Positions 8,300 to 16,413 of a stretch of 19,736 nucleotides of DNA are shown piece after piece. Positions within the stretch are counted from its first letter, which is position 1. Each line of letters opens with the position of its first letter. The stretch covers positions 1 through 19,736 of the forward strand of contig JAWOBU010000015.1 in NCBI GenBank assembly GCA_046484135.1. Reading direction: 5' to 3'. The position numbers and the translations under genes were made by a program. The notes below the pieces were generated by a model. The model saw only the letters and a program-made list of their open reading frames with translations, made no database searches and had not been told where the DNA came from. The stretch comes from a bacterium (GTDB lineage: Bacteria > RBG-13-61-14 > DATKZS01).

Positions 8300-9294
8300 G
8301 TCATCTCGGCGCAAAAACGGCTCTTTTCCGGCGCACCCTGCTTGTGGCCGCTTTGGGCGCTCTCCTTGTCGCCATGGTGGTGGACCGGGTGGTAGCGGTG
8401 GTGGGGGACGAGATCATAACCGAGCGTGAGCTTAACGAGGCCTATCAGGACGATTCCCTGAACCTGATGCAGGAAAACGTATTGAGCGGCAGCTCCGCAG
8501 AAGAAAATCTTTCGCGCGCCGAGTACCTGGACCGCATGATCGCCCACAAGCTTATCGAGCAGGAGGTCGAGCGCCAGGGCATAGAGGTTGACGACATGGA
8601 CGTTGAGCGGGCCATCGAGAGGAAGCGCAAGGGGGTGGGCCTTTCCGAAGAAGAGTTCCGTCAGGCTTTGAGCTCCCAGGGTATTGACATGGATCAATAC
8701 CGGCAATCGGTGCGGGAGCAGCTTATCACCTATCGTCTCATCAGCAAGGAAGTCAAGGGCGAGATAGAAGTGTCCGACCGGGCGGTCCGGGCCTATTATA
8801 ACCAGCATCCGGAACAGTTCATGGCGGAGAATTCCTATCACCTCTACCTAATCTTCATGCGATTCCCCTCTGTCGCGGATGAGGACAAGAAAAAAGAAAT
8901 AATCGAAGAAATGCGGTCCATCCGCTCGAAGATCGGCTCCCTGGCCGAGTTCCAGGACATGGCCCGCCGGCATTCCCAGGCGTCCAGCGCCCCCCGGGGA
9001 GGAGACATAGGATACTTCACCCTCGAGGAAATGCTCGACTTGTTCCAGAAGCGGGTTAAAAACCTTTCCGCCGGAGAGATGACCCCCGTGTTCTATGACA
9101 ACTCCGGTGTGTACCTGATTTATCTGGCGGACGTGAAGAAAGGAAAGAAACTGCCGCTCTCGGAGGTCCGCGACCGCATTCACAGCATACTTTACCAGCA
9201 GGAGTCCAAGCAGAGATACCAGATATGGCTGGAAAGGCTGAAAGCCCGGACCTACACGGAAAACCGCCTTGAACAAGAGAAGTCATCTCCATAA
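8296..9294 (+). CDS. surA: SurA-family chaperone/PPIase, 332 aa
   Basis: ATG at 8296 overlaps the upstream stop. 'VVDRVVAVVGDEIIT..EL' SurA N-domain and 'F..MARRHSQ..SA..GGDIGYF' parvulin domain. Directly upstream of pdxA (classic order). Confidence 0.85.
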   Translation: MSHLGAKTALFRRTLLVAALGALLVAMVVDRVVAVVGDEIITERELNEAYQDDSLNLMQENVLSGSSAEENLSRAEYLDRMIAHKLIEQEVERQGIEVDDMDVERAIERKRKGVGLSEEEFRQALSSQGIDMDQYRQSVREQLITYRLISKEVKGEIEVSDRAVRAYYNQHPEQFMAENSYHLYLIFMRFPSVADEDKKKEIIEEMRSIRSKIGSLAEFQDMARRHSQASSAPRGGDIGYFTLEEMLDLFQKRVKNLSAGEMTPVFYDNSGVYLIYLADVKKGKKLPLSEVRDRIHSILYQQESKQRYQIWLERLKARTYTENRLEQEKSSP

Positions 9295-9298
9295 GGCA

Positions 9299-10324
9299 GT
9301 GAACAAAACTTACCCTGTTCCCCGCCTGGCCGTTACCATGGGGGACCCTTGCGGCATCGGTCCCGAAATCATCGTCAAATCATTGGAACCATACCTGCAA
9401 AAAAGCGGACCGGGATTCGTGCTCGCCGGAGACGAGTCAATAATGAATGAAGCGGCCCGCCGTTACAGCGGCCCTGCTTTCCGGGATGAATGGAAAAAAG
9501 CGTGGCGCACCGAAAATGACGGCGACATAAGCGGAGCCTCTTCCCGGCTGGTGCTCCTTTCCAAAAGCAAGCTCGATTTCAGCCGCCTTCCGCAAGTCAG
9601 GCCCGGCCCGGCTGAAGGCAGGGCCATGGCTTCTTACCTGGAAGCGGGGCTCGAGCTGGTCCGCTCCGGAGAGTGCCGGGCACTGGTAACAGCGCCGGTA
9701 TCCAAGGCCGGCCTCCGAGCGGGTGGCTTCAACTACCCCGGCCATACCGACTGGCTGGGGGAAATGACAGGCGCACAGCCGGTGATGATGATGGCAGCCG
9801 GCCGACTGCGGACGGTCCCCCTTACGGTCCACATACCGCTTGCCCAGGTTCCCGCTTCGTTAACCGAGGACCTGGTAGAAAAAACCGTTCTGATCGTGGA
9901 CAGAGAGCTTAAACAGAAGTTCAGGATAAAAAGGCCCCGACTAGTGGTCGCCGGTCTGAACCCGCATGCCGGCGAACAAGGGCTTCTGGGGAGAGAAGAA
10001 GACGAGATCATGTCCCCCGCTATCGAAAGCTCCAGAGAAAAGGGAGTCCTGGTCTCCGGCCCCTATCCCGCGGACACACTGTTCACGAGCCGCAAAAGAA
10101 AAGAGTTTGATGTTGCCCTCTGCCCCTATCACGACCAGGCCATGCTGCCGGTGAAAACCCTGGCCGAAAAAAAAGCGGTCAACATCACGCTGGGACTTCC
10201 GCTGATCCGAACCTCGCCGGCGCACGGGACCAGCCCGCACATTGCCTGGCAGGGCAAGGCAGACCACCGCAGCATGGAAGAGGCCATAAAAACCGCGGCC
10301 CGGCTCGCAGGAGTGCACCGCTGA
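9299..10324 (+). CDS. pdxA: 4-hydroxythreonine-4-phosphate dehydrogenase (start GTG 9299 or TTG 9269)
   Basis: 'TMGDP.GIGPEI', 'TAPVSK', 'GHT', 'GLNPHAGE', 'GPYPADTLF', 'YHDQ', 'VNITLGLP.IRTSP.HGT'. Confidence 0.95.
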   Translation: MNKTYPVPRLAVTMGDPCGIGPEIIVKSLEPYLQKSGPGFVLAGDESIMNEAARRYSGPAFRDEWKKAWRTENDGDISGASSRLVLLSKSKLDFSRLPQVRPGPAEGRAMASYLEAGLELVRSGECRALVTAPVSKAGLRAGGFNYPGHTDWLGEMTGAQPVMMMAAGRLRTVPLTVHIPLAQVPASLTEDLVEKTVLIVDRELKQKFRIKRPRLVVAGLNPHAGEQGLLGREEDEIMSPAIESSREKGVLVSGPYPADTLFTSRKRKEFDVALCPYHDQAMLPVKTLAEKKAVNITLGLPLIRTSPAHGTSPHIAWQGKADHRSMEEAIKTAARLAGVHR

Positions 10325-10363
10325 TCCGGGTCCCGGCTGCATTCTCGTCCGAAGTCTATTGCA

Positions 10364-10388
10364 AAATCGCGACTGAACTCGCTCGTAC
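10364..10388 (-). repeat. REP-like palindromic element, copy 1
   Basis: Minus strand reads GTACGAGCGAGTTCAGTCGCGATTT, 23/25 identical to the plus-strand copy at 15794-15818. Intergenic (pdxA-rimI). Confidence 0.65.
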
Positions 10389-10469
10389 TAAATTGCAAAA
10401 GCTCTGCCGGCAACCTGGGAGCGGAGACCGCTCTGGAATTCCCGGTCCTGATCATTTAACCTGGAAGCA

Positions 10470-10952
10470 ATGAACACGGACTCGAGCTTATACGTGCACG
10501 GCGAAAAGCAGGTCCTCGTTCGACAGGCCGAGTTGAAAGACCTTGCCGCCATAGCCGAGATCGAGCAGACCAGCTTTTCCTCTCCGTGGGGCGAGGACCT
10601 CTACCGGATGGAGCTTGTTCTCGATCTCTCCCGGTTCCTGGTGGCTGATGCTGATAAAGAAGTGATAGGATATGCTTGCGGCCGGGCGGTGTCCGGGGAA
10701 GGACACATCTTGAAGGTGGCGGTCCGGCCGGACTGGAGAAGACGCGGTGTCGCCACCAAGCTCATGGAGGTCATGACCGACGAGCTCTACAATAAAGGCG
10801 CCCGCCTGCTCTGGCTGGAGGTACGCCAGAGCAATCAAGAAGCAAAGGGCTTTTACAGCAACCTCGGGTTCAGGCCCTATGGCATCAGGAAAGGATATTA
10901 CTCCGACAACCGGGAGGACGCGCTTGTGCTCGCTAAAAGGATAGAAGGTTGA
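10470..10952 (+). CDS. rimI: Ribosomal protein S18-alanine N-acetyltransferase, 160 aa
   Basis: 'IEQ.SFS.PW', 'GEGHIL.VAV.P.WRRRGVA', 'LEVR.SN..A..FY..LGF...G.RKGYY.D..EDA'. Confidence 0.92.
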   Translation: MNTDSSLYVHGEKQVLVRQAELKDLAAIAEIEQTSFSSPWGEDLYRMELVLDLSRFLVADADKEVIGYACGRAVSGEGHILKVAVRPDWRRRGVATKLMEVMTDELYNKGARLLWLEVRQSNQEAKGFYSNLGFRPYGIRKGYYSDNREDALVLAKRIEG

Positions 10953-11761
10953 ACCCGGTACCGGCAGAGATAAAAGAGAACCGGCAAGAGGCCCCCGGCA
11001 TCTTCCGGCTGGTCCTCGAGCTCAAACAGGAGACGACAGAGGCCCGGCCCGGACAGTTCTTCATGATAAGAACGGCCAAAGGCCGGGACCCGCTCCTTAG
11101 AAGACCGCTCGGATTACTGAAGACCGAGCCCGGCCACCAAGGACTGGACCTTTGTTTCCTTTACCAGGTAATAGGCAAAGGCACGCGCTTACTCTCCCGG
11201 ACTCTGCCGGGGGATGAGACCGATCTTATCGGACCGCTGGGGACCGGATGGAAACTGGATGAAAGCCCGTCCCGCATCATCGCGGTTGCCGGCGGAATGG
11301 GAATTGTACCCCTGTACGCCGCGCTCGCCGAGGTCTCCGGCTGTGAAGAAAACATTAAGACTGAGCTTGTCTTCGGGGCCGCCACCGCGGACGAGATCGT
11401 GCTCTTAAAAGAGCTCGAAGCCGTAGCCGGCCGCCTCACCATTTGCACGGAGGACGGCTGCCTGGGCGAGAAAGGGCTGGCGCCCGACCTTTTCAAGAAG
11501 GTCCTTGCCAAGGCCGACTCCGAAAAATCGCTGGTGCTGGCCTGCGGCCCCAGGCCCATGCTGAGAAAGGTACGCGATATATGCCTCAAGGAAGGAGTCG
11601 CCTGCCAGGTGAGCATGGAAGCACGCATGGGGTGCGGGATGGGAGCGTGCCTGACCTGCACGGTGCCGGGCTCGGCCGGAACCAACCTGCGGGTGTGCAA
11701 GGAAGGACCGGTCTTTGACGCCCGTGAGATAGACTGGGAGGCACTGGATGGATCGGCTTGA
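10949..11761 (+). CDS. pyrK: Dihydroorotate dehydrogenase electron-transfer subunit, 270 aa
   Basis: 'PGQF.M', 'LRRP', 'GPLG', 'GGMGI.P', 'CGP..ML', and the 2Fe-2S motif 'E.RMGCGMGAC..C...VC..GPVF'. Confidence 0.95.
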   Translation: MNPVPAEIKENRQEAPGIFRLVLELKQETTEARPGQFFMIRTAKGRDPLLRRPLGLLKTEPGHQGLDLCFLYQVIGKGTRLLSRTLPGDETDLIGPLGTGWKLDESPSRIIAVAGGMGIVPLYAALAEVSGCEENIKTELVFGAATADEIVLLKELEAVAGRLTICTEDGCLGEKGLAPDLFKKVLAKADSEKSLVLACGPRPMLRKVRDICLKEGVACQVSMEARMGCGMGACLTCTVPGSAGTNLRVCKEGPVFDAREIDWEALDGSA

Positions 11762-12659
11762 GGTCAACGCGGGCGGCGTTATCATGCAAAACCCGGTGGC
11801 CACTGCTTCCGGTACCTGCGGCTACGGAGACGTCTACACAGACAGTTACGGGCCTTCGGAGCTCGGCGCCATAGTGGTTAAAGGCCTCTCGTTAAAGCCG
11901 CGGTCCGGCAACCCGGCTCCACGCATGGCCGAGACCCCCTGCGGAATGATTAACTCCATCGGCCTGGAAAACATCGGCCTTAAAGCCTTCCTGGAAAACA
12001 AGCTGCCCTGGCTGAGGGAGACGGGCGCCACCGTGGTGGTTAACATTTTCGGCGAGTCGCCGGATGAGTACGCCTCCCTGGCCGCCGAGCTCGACAATGC
12101 CTCGGGCGTGGCCGGCCTTGAGCTCAACATCTCCTGTCCCAACGTCAAGGCGGGAGGCATCCTGTTCGGAAGCGACCCTTCCATTGCCGCGGACCTGGTC
12201 GCCCGGGTTAAAAATAAGACCTGTCTTCCGCTCTGGGTAAAGCTGTCGCCGGCGGCTGACGTGCCGGCCATGGCCCGGGCGGTGGAAGATGCGGGAGCGT
12301 CCGCCATAAGCCTCATTAACACCATCCCCGCCATGGCCATTGACGTGGAGTCCCGCAAACCCGCGCTGGCCGCGGGCAGGGGAGGACTTTCCGGACCGGC
12401 CATAAAGCCGGTGGCACTGCGGATGGTGTATGAAGCGGCCCGGGCGGTAAAGGTCCCGGTGATCGGCATCGGCGGCATCAGCGATGCCCGTGACGCTCTC
12501 GAGTTCCTGCTGGCGGGGGCGACGGCAGTACAGGTGGGTACCGCCGGCTTCGTGGACCCCTCCGCTCCGGTCCGCATCGTGCGCGGCATCCTGGAGTACA
12601 TGGAGCGGCACGGCTTCGACACGGTGGGGGAGCTCTCGGGAGCGCTTTTAGAGGCTTGA
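11748..12659 (+). CDS. pyrD: Dihydroorotate dehydrogenase, family 1B catalytic subunit, 303 aa
   Basis: 'ASGT', 'GNP.PR', 'NSIGLEN', 'ELNISCPN', 'VKLSP', 'INT', 'GGLSGPAIKPVA', 'VQVGTA'. Follows pyrK. Confidence 0.96.
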   Translation: MDRLEVNAGGVIMQNPVATASGTCGYGDVYTDSYGPSELGAIVVKGLSLKPRSGNPAPRMAETPCGMINSIGLENIGLKAFLENKLPWLRETGATVVVNIFGESPDEYASLAAELDNASGVAGLELNISCPNVKAGGILFGSDPSIAADLVARVKNKTCLPLWVKLSPAADVPAMARAVEDAGASAISLINTIPAMAIDVESRKPALAAGRGGLSGPAIKPVALRMVYEAARAVKVPVIGIGGISDARDALEFLLAGATAVQVGTAGFVDPSAPVRIVRGILEYMERHGFDTVGELSGALLEA

Positions 12660-12680
12660 GAAACCGGAAGAGGAGCGGTC

Positions 12681-13229
12681 ATGGTCAAGATAGCAGAGAC
12701 GGTTTTTGTTCATCCTGACTCGTCGCAGGCGGGCGACGTGGAAGTGGGCGAGTACTCGAGCCTGTGGCCTTCGTCCTCCATAAGGGGAGATTTTTCGCCC
12801 ATCAGGGTGGGAAAAGGGACCAGCATCCAGGACTGTTGCGTGCTTCATTCCACTCCCTCGGACGGCGTCGAGGTAGGCGACTTTGTAACAGTGGGACACG
12901 GCGCGGTGCTGCACGGCTGCACGGTAGAGGACAACTGCATAATCGGCATGAACGCCACGGTGCTGGACAAGGCCCGTATCGGCCGGGGCAGCATAGTTGC
13001 CGCGGGCGCGGTGGTAAAGGAAGGCACCGAGGTCCCTCCCGGCTCTTTTGTGGCCGGCCTGCCCGCCCAGGTTAAGCCCGGCAAAGAGGGGCAGGAACAG
13101 AGGATCAAGGCCGGGGCCCTGTCCTACGTGGCCCTGGCGCAGAACTACCTGGAAGGAAACCAGACCATAGAACCTGATGCCCTGATGCGCAGGATGGGCG
13201 AGGTCAAAGACAAGCTCGGGGAAAGCTGA
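12681..13229 (+). CDS. Gamma carbonic anhydrase family (YrdA/PaaY-like) hexapeptide-repeat protein, 182 aa
   Basis: 'GDV', 'IRGD', 'QD..VLH', 'VTVGHGAVLHGC', 'IGMNATVL', 'AG.PA'. The three metal-ligand His are retained. Confidence 0.9.
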   Translation: MVKIAETVFVHPDSSQAGDVEVGEYSSLWPSSSIRGDFSPIRVGKGTSIQDCCVLHSTPSDGVEVGDFVTVGHGAVLHGCTVEDNCIIGMNATVLDKARIGRGSIVAAGAVVKEGTEVPPGSFVAGLPAQVKPGKEGQEQRIKAGALSYVALAQNYLEGNQTIEPDALMRRMGEVKDKLGES

Positions 13230-13272
13230 AGGAAAAGACAAAAAAGAGCGGGCCGGGTTCTTGTGGGACCTT

Positions 13273-14520
13273 TCAGGAGAACAGAAGATTTTCCTGCAGC
13301 TTGATCAGCGTGTTTTCCGCGGTGCTTCCCCGACCCGCGTCCCGCCGGGCGTAGAGCCTCATTACCTGCCGTCCGAAACGGCTCATGGCAAGCGACTTGA
13401 TCTGGAGCATTTGGGCATCCCCTTCGCTTCTGCGGGTGTACTCGAGCACTCCGCACTCGCGCAATGCATAGAGCAGGACGTTTTCCACCACGTCGTGAAA
13501 GTAAATGTAGCGGGCCATCAGGGCCTCCTCCCTCTCTACCCCGGGGTCGCTGTCGAGCGGCACGTGCCGGTGGGGAGTAAGATCGGAAAGGAGAGCGGCA
13601 AACCCTTCTTTATGCTCCTGGGCCCACTCTGAGACCTTGCGCGTTTCCGCCATTCCCAGGTCTGACCAGTTCAGATGGTTCCAGGTGGCGTCCAGGATGA
13701 TGGCGAGCTGGGTGTCGGCGTCCAGGTCCAGGAAGGCCTCGGCAAGCGGCGTAACTTCCATGACGTTCTTCTTGCCGACCCGGCACAGGTGCAAGGTCAG
13801 GCCCAGGTGATAGAACCACTTGACGCGGGAGGAAGCTTCCATGCGAGTGCGGGAAGGAAGCTCTTCCGGCCGGGTAAAGCGCTGGTTCATTCTCCGGATG
13901 TGTCGCACCGGAATGTGAGAATGGGCCCGGGTAAGACCCACGGTGTTGTAGGACAGGTAATCCAGAAACAGGGCGAAGTCCAGGATCGCGGGCGGCTGGG
14001 GCCTTTCCAGGTTTCGGACCAGCATCCATAACTGCCGGTCCACCGGGTGATGGACGCTGTGTCCCGGCGGGTCAACATGTCTAAGAGAGGGACGGCCTTG
14101 CGAGAAGTCCTCCCAGGCGTCCGGGAAAGGGTTGAAGTACTCGTCAAAGCAGGCCAGAAAAAACTCCTTGCTCGTACAAACGGCGAGCAGGTCTTCAAGC
14201 TCGGGCTGGCTTAGGCGGCCGGTCTGATAAAGGTGGTCGAAAAAGCGGCGGAAGGTGCCCAGGTAGCCGATCACGTCGGACTTGGAGCCCCCCACGTGAC
14301 GCAAAAACCAGGAGCCGAGAAAGTCCCGGATCACCTCGCCGTCAACCCGGTCCAGCTCCCGCGGCCATTCCTCCATAAGGTAAGCGTGAAGAAAGAACCG
14401 AAGCTTGTCCCGGTGGCGCGAAGCAGTGTGGTTCGAAACTCCCGCCTTGTGAAGCGAACGGTAAAAATCCCTTATGAGTTCCTCTGATCTCCAAGTGTCC
14501 ATGGTCTTTACAACCGCCAC
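13273..14520 (-). CDS. Hypothetical protein: integrase N-terminal SAM-like domain fused to a probable winged-helix region; no tyrosine-recombinase catalytic domain (start GTG 14520 or ATG 14502)
   Basis: N-terminal ~100 aa 'F...L...G.S..T...H...L.FF...IRDFLGSWFLRH....L..FRRFF.HL...G.L' follows the SAM-like core-binding pattern. No R..H-x-x-R..Y catalytic motifs seen. The ORF fills the space between two real genes and has protein-like composition. Confidence 0.75.
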   Translation of the reverse strand: MAVVKTMDTWRSEELIRDFYRSLHKAGVSNHTASRHRDKLRFFLHAYLMEEWPRELDRVDGEVIRDFLGSWFLRHVGGSKSDVIGYLGTFRRFFDHLYQTGRLSQPELEDLLAVCTSKEFFLACFDEYFNPFPDAWEDFSQGRPSLRHVDPPGHSVHHPVDRQLWMLVRNLERPQPPAILDFALFLDYLSYNTVGLTRAHSHIPVRHIRRMNQRFTRPEELPSRTRMEASSRVKWFYHLGLTLHLCRVGKKNVMEVTPLAEAFLDLDADTQLAIILDATWNHLNWSDLGMAETRKVSEWAQEHKEGFAALLSDLTPHRHVPLDSDPGVEREEALMARYIYFHDVVENVLLYALRECGVLEYTRRSEGDAQMLQIKSLAMSRFGRQVMRLYARRDAGRGSTAENTLIKLQENLLFS

Positions 14521-14610
14521 CGATATCCTGCCAGGATAAAACTATAATTAGCACAGTCCGGGCTTTCCTGCAACCAAGGAAAAAGGGGAAATTCCCACCT
14601 CGCAGTGAGG

Positions 14611-14638
14611 TTGACTTGTCCGGTTTTTCTTTTACAAT
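14611..14638 (+). promoter_or_regulatory. Putative sigma70 promoter for the M20 hydrolase
   Basis: TTGACT (14611-14616), 16-nt spacer, TACAAT (14633-14638), about 25-35 nt before the start. Confidence 0.5.
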
Positions 14639-14663
14639 GATCTGATCCTGGGTTCGGGTGTAG

Positions 14664-15758
14664 TTGCCGGAGATGATTGACAAAATAGTAAAGACCGCTG
14701 TTGACCTTATCAAGTTTCCTTCCGTACATAAACGTCCCCGCGACCGGCGGGCGTGTGCCGATTACATCGAGAAGTTTTTCCGCGACCGGGGTCTTGCTTG
14801 CGAGGTCTGGGAGCCGGGAGACGTTCGGAGCTTGGTGGTGCGGACCGGTTCGAGCGAGCCCGTGCTCTGTCTGAACGGCCATTACGACGTGGTCGAGTCC
14901 ATCGCCAGCGACTTCCGGCCGCGGCAGGAAGCGGACCGGCTTTACGGACGTGGTTCCGCGGACATGAAGACCTCGCTGGCCGCCATGATGGTCCTTTGCG
15001 CCGAGCTTAATAAAAGGGAGAACCCGCCTCCGGTGGCCCTGATGATAAGCGGGGACGAGGAGATGGGAGGCCACAAGAGCACCGCCCATATCCTGAAGAG
15101 CGGGTTCAAATGCGAGTTCGCGATCGCGGGCGAGCCCACCGGACTGGCGGTGGCCAACCAGTCCAAGGGGATGCTGGGGATCGAGCTGGAAGCGCGCGGC
15201 ACCGCCGGCCACTCGGCTCGACCGTGGGAGGGAGAGAACGCCATCTTCAGCTTCTTCCAGCAGTTCCCCGCGGTATGGGAGGTCTTCGGCGACCCGGAGC
15301 CCTACGAGTGGCAGACCACCATGGCGCCCACCGTGCTCAGTGCGGGCGAGTCGGTAAACCGGATTCCGGACCGGTGCAAATGCAGGCTGGACATCCGCTT
15401 CGTTCCCATGGACCGACCGGAGGAAATCCTGGAGCGGATCAAGAATGCGGCGCCGGAATTGAACCCGCGGGTGGTGGAAGAAGGCAAGGCCTTTTTTACC
15501 GAGCCGGAGGACCCCCATCTCAAACGGTTGCGGCAGGCCGCTACCAGCGTGCTGAAATATGATCCCGGGTTCATTAACAAGCACGCCTCGTCAGACGCCC
15601 GCCACTTTACCGAGCACGGCATACCCGCGGCAGTGTTTGGTCCCGGCGGAGAAAACATCCACGGCACCGGCGAATGGGTGGACCTCAGACAAGTCGAGAA
15701 GTTCTACCGGGTGCTCGAGGAGTTCATCTCCCTCATCTGTAATCCCGCTTCCCGTTAA
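14664..15758 (+). CDS. M20 family metallohydrolase (DapE/ArgE-like) (start TTG 14664 or ATG 14673)
   Basis: 'LNGHYDVV', 'LYGRGSADMK', 'DEE.GG', 'GEPT', 'G..GHS.RPW.G.NAI', 'N.IPD', 'SDAR', 'FGPG...H...EW'. Confidence 0.92.
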   Translation: MPEMIDKIVKTAVDLIKFPSVHKRPRDRRACADYIEKFFRDRGLACEVWEPGDVRSLVVRTGSSEPVLCLNGHYDVVESIASDFRPRQEADRLYGRGSADMKTSLAAMMVLCAELNKRENPPPVALMISGDEEMGGHKSTAHILKSGFKCEFAIAGEPTGLAVANQSKGMLGIELEARGTAGHSARPWEGENAIFSFFQQFPAVWEVFGDPEPYEWQTTMAPTVLSAGESVNRIPDRCKCRLDIRFVPMDRPEEILERIKNAAPELNPRVVEEGKAFFTEPEDPHLKRLRQAATSVLKYDPGFINKHASSDARHFTEHGIPAAVFGPGGENIHGTGEWVDLRQVEKFYRVLEEFISLICNPASR

Positions 15759-15793
15759 TCTGTTACTTTGTCAATCCTGAAATGAGGTGTACT

Positions 15794-15818
15794 GTCCGAG
15801 CGACTTCAGTCGCGATTT
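15794..15818 (+). repeat. REP-like palindromic element, copy 2
   Basis: GTCCGAGCGACTTCAGTCGCGATTT with a perfect hairpin GCGAC-TTCA-GTCGC. Lies between convergent genes and matches the 10364-10388 copy. Confidence 0.65.
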
Positions 15819-15821
15819 CCG

Positions 15822-16376
15822 TCATTTTCCCTGCCCGGAATTTTTATCTTCCTCTTTATCTTTCTGCTTCTTGTTCTCTTCGATCAGCTCGTTGATGTAC
15901 TCGATCACCGAGTCGTCCGCCCAGTTGGCCGCTCCCAGGACCTTGTTGTCTATGGTCCCGTCCGGCGCGATGATATAGGTGGTGGGCATGTTATAAGCTT
16001 CGTACTTTTGAGCTGTTTTTCCTTCCGGGTCCAAGAGCACCGGGAAGAGCAGGTCCAGGTCCCTGTCTTCCACCGCGTTTTCCGCCATGGAGCGCGGATC
16101 CGCGGTAACCGCCAGTATCTCGAAGGGCTTGTCTTCCATCTTCTTGTAGAGCTTGTTGAAGGACGGCATTTCCAAAAGACAGGGCTTGCAGGTGGATGAC
16201 CAGAAATTTACCAGCACCACTTTTCCCTGAAGCCCGGACAGGGTATAGGTTTCTCCTCTCAGGGAGTCAAGGGTAAAGTCGGGGGCCTTCGCGTTCTCCG
16301 GCTCCGCGAGAAGTAAAGGATCCCCCGCCAAAGAAATAATAACGGCGATAAGAAAAACGTACTTTACTTTTTTCAT
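15822..16376 (-). CDS. TlpA/ResA-like thiol-disulfide redoxin, 184 aa
   Basis: ATG at 16376 with SD GGAG. Signal/TM helix, 'APDFTL', 'GKVVLVNFWSSTCKPC..EMP', 'FPVLLD', cis-Pro 'MPTT', 'GA.NW'. Confidence 0.9.
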   Translation of the reverse strand: MKKVKYVFLIAVIISLAGDPLLLAEPENAKAPDFTLDSLRGETYTLSGLQGKVVLVNFWSSTCKPCLLEMPSFNKLYKKMEDKPFEILAVTADPRSMAENAVEDRDLDLLFPVLLDPEGKTAQKYEAYNMPTTYIIAPDGTIDNKVLGAANWADDSVIEYINELIEENKKQKDKEEDKNSGQGK

Positions 16377-16413
16377 ATTTTTCTCCGACAAAGGATTCCG
16401 GGAAGCTCGGAGG

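Noticed and set aside
11846..12688. Antisense ORFs over pyrD (also 110..946, 7445..8314, 8086..8841, 14508..15584 and similar)
   Set aside because: Shadow frames of recognisable genes with biased composition and no family motifs.
13230..13272. Terminator between the gamma-CA gene and the convergent SAM-like gene
   Set aside because: A T-tract exists on the minus strand, but I could not find a convincing stem next to it.
13273..14520. Calling this gene an active integrase or a prophage/IS boundary
   Set aside because: No catalytic tyrosine-recombinase motifs, no flanking direct repeats or tRNA, and housekeeping-type neighbours.
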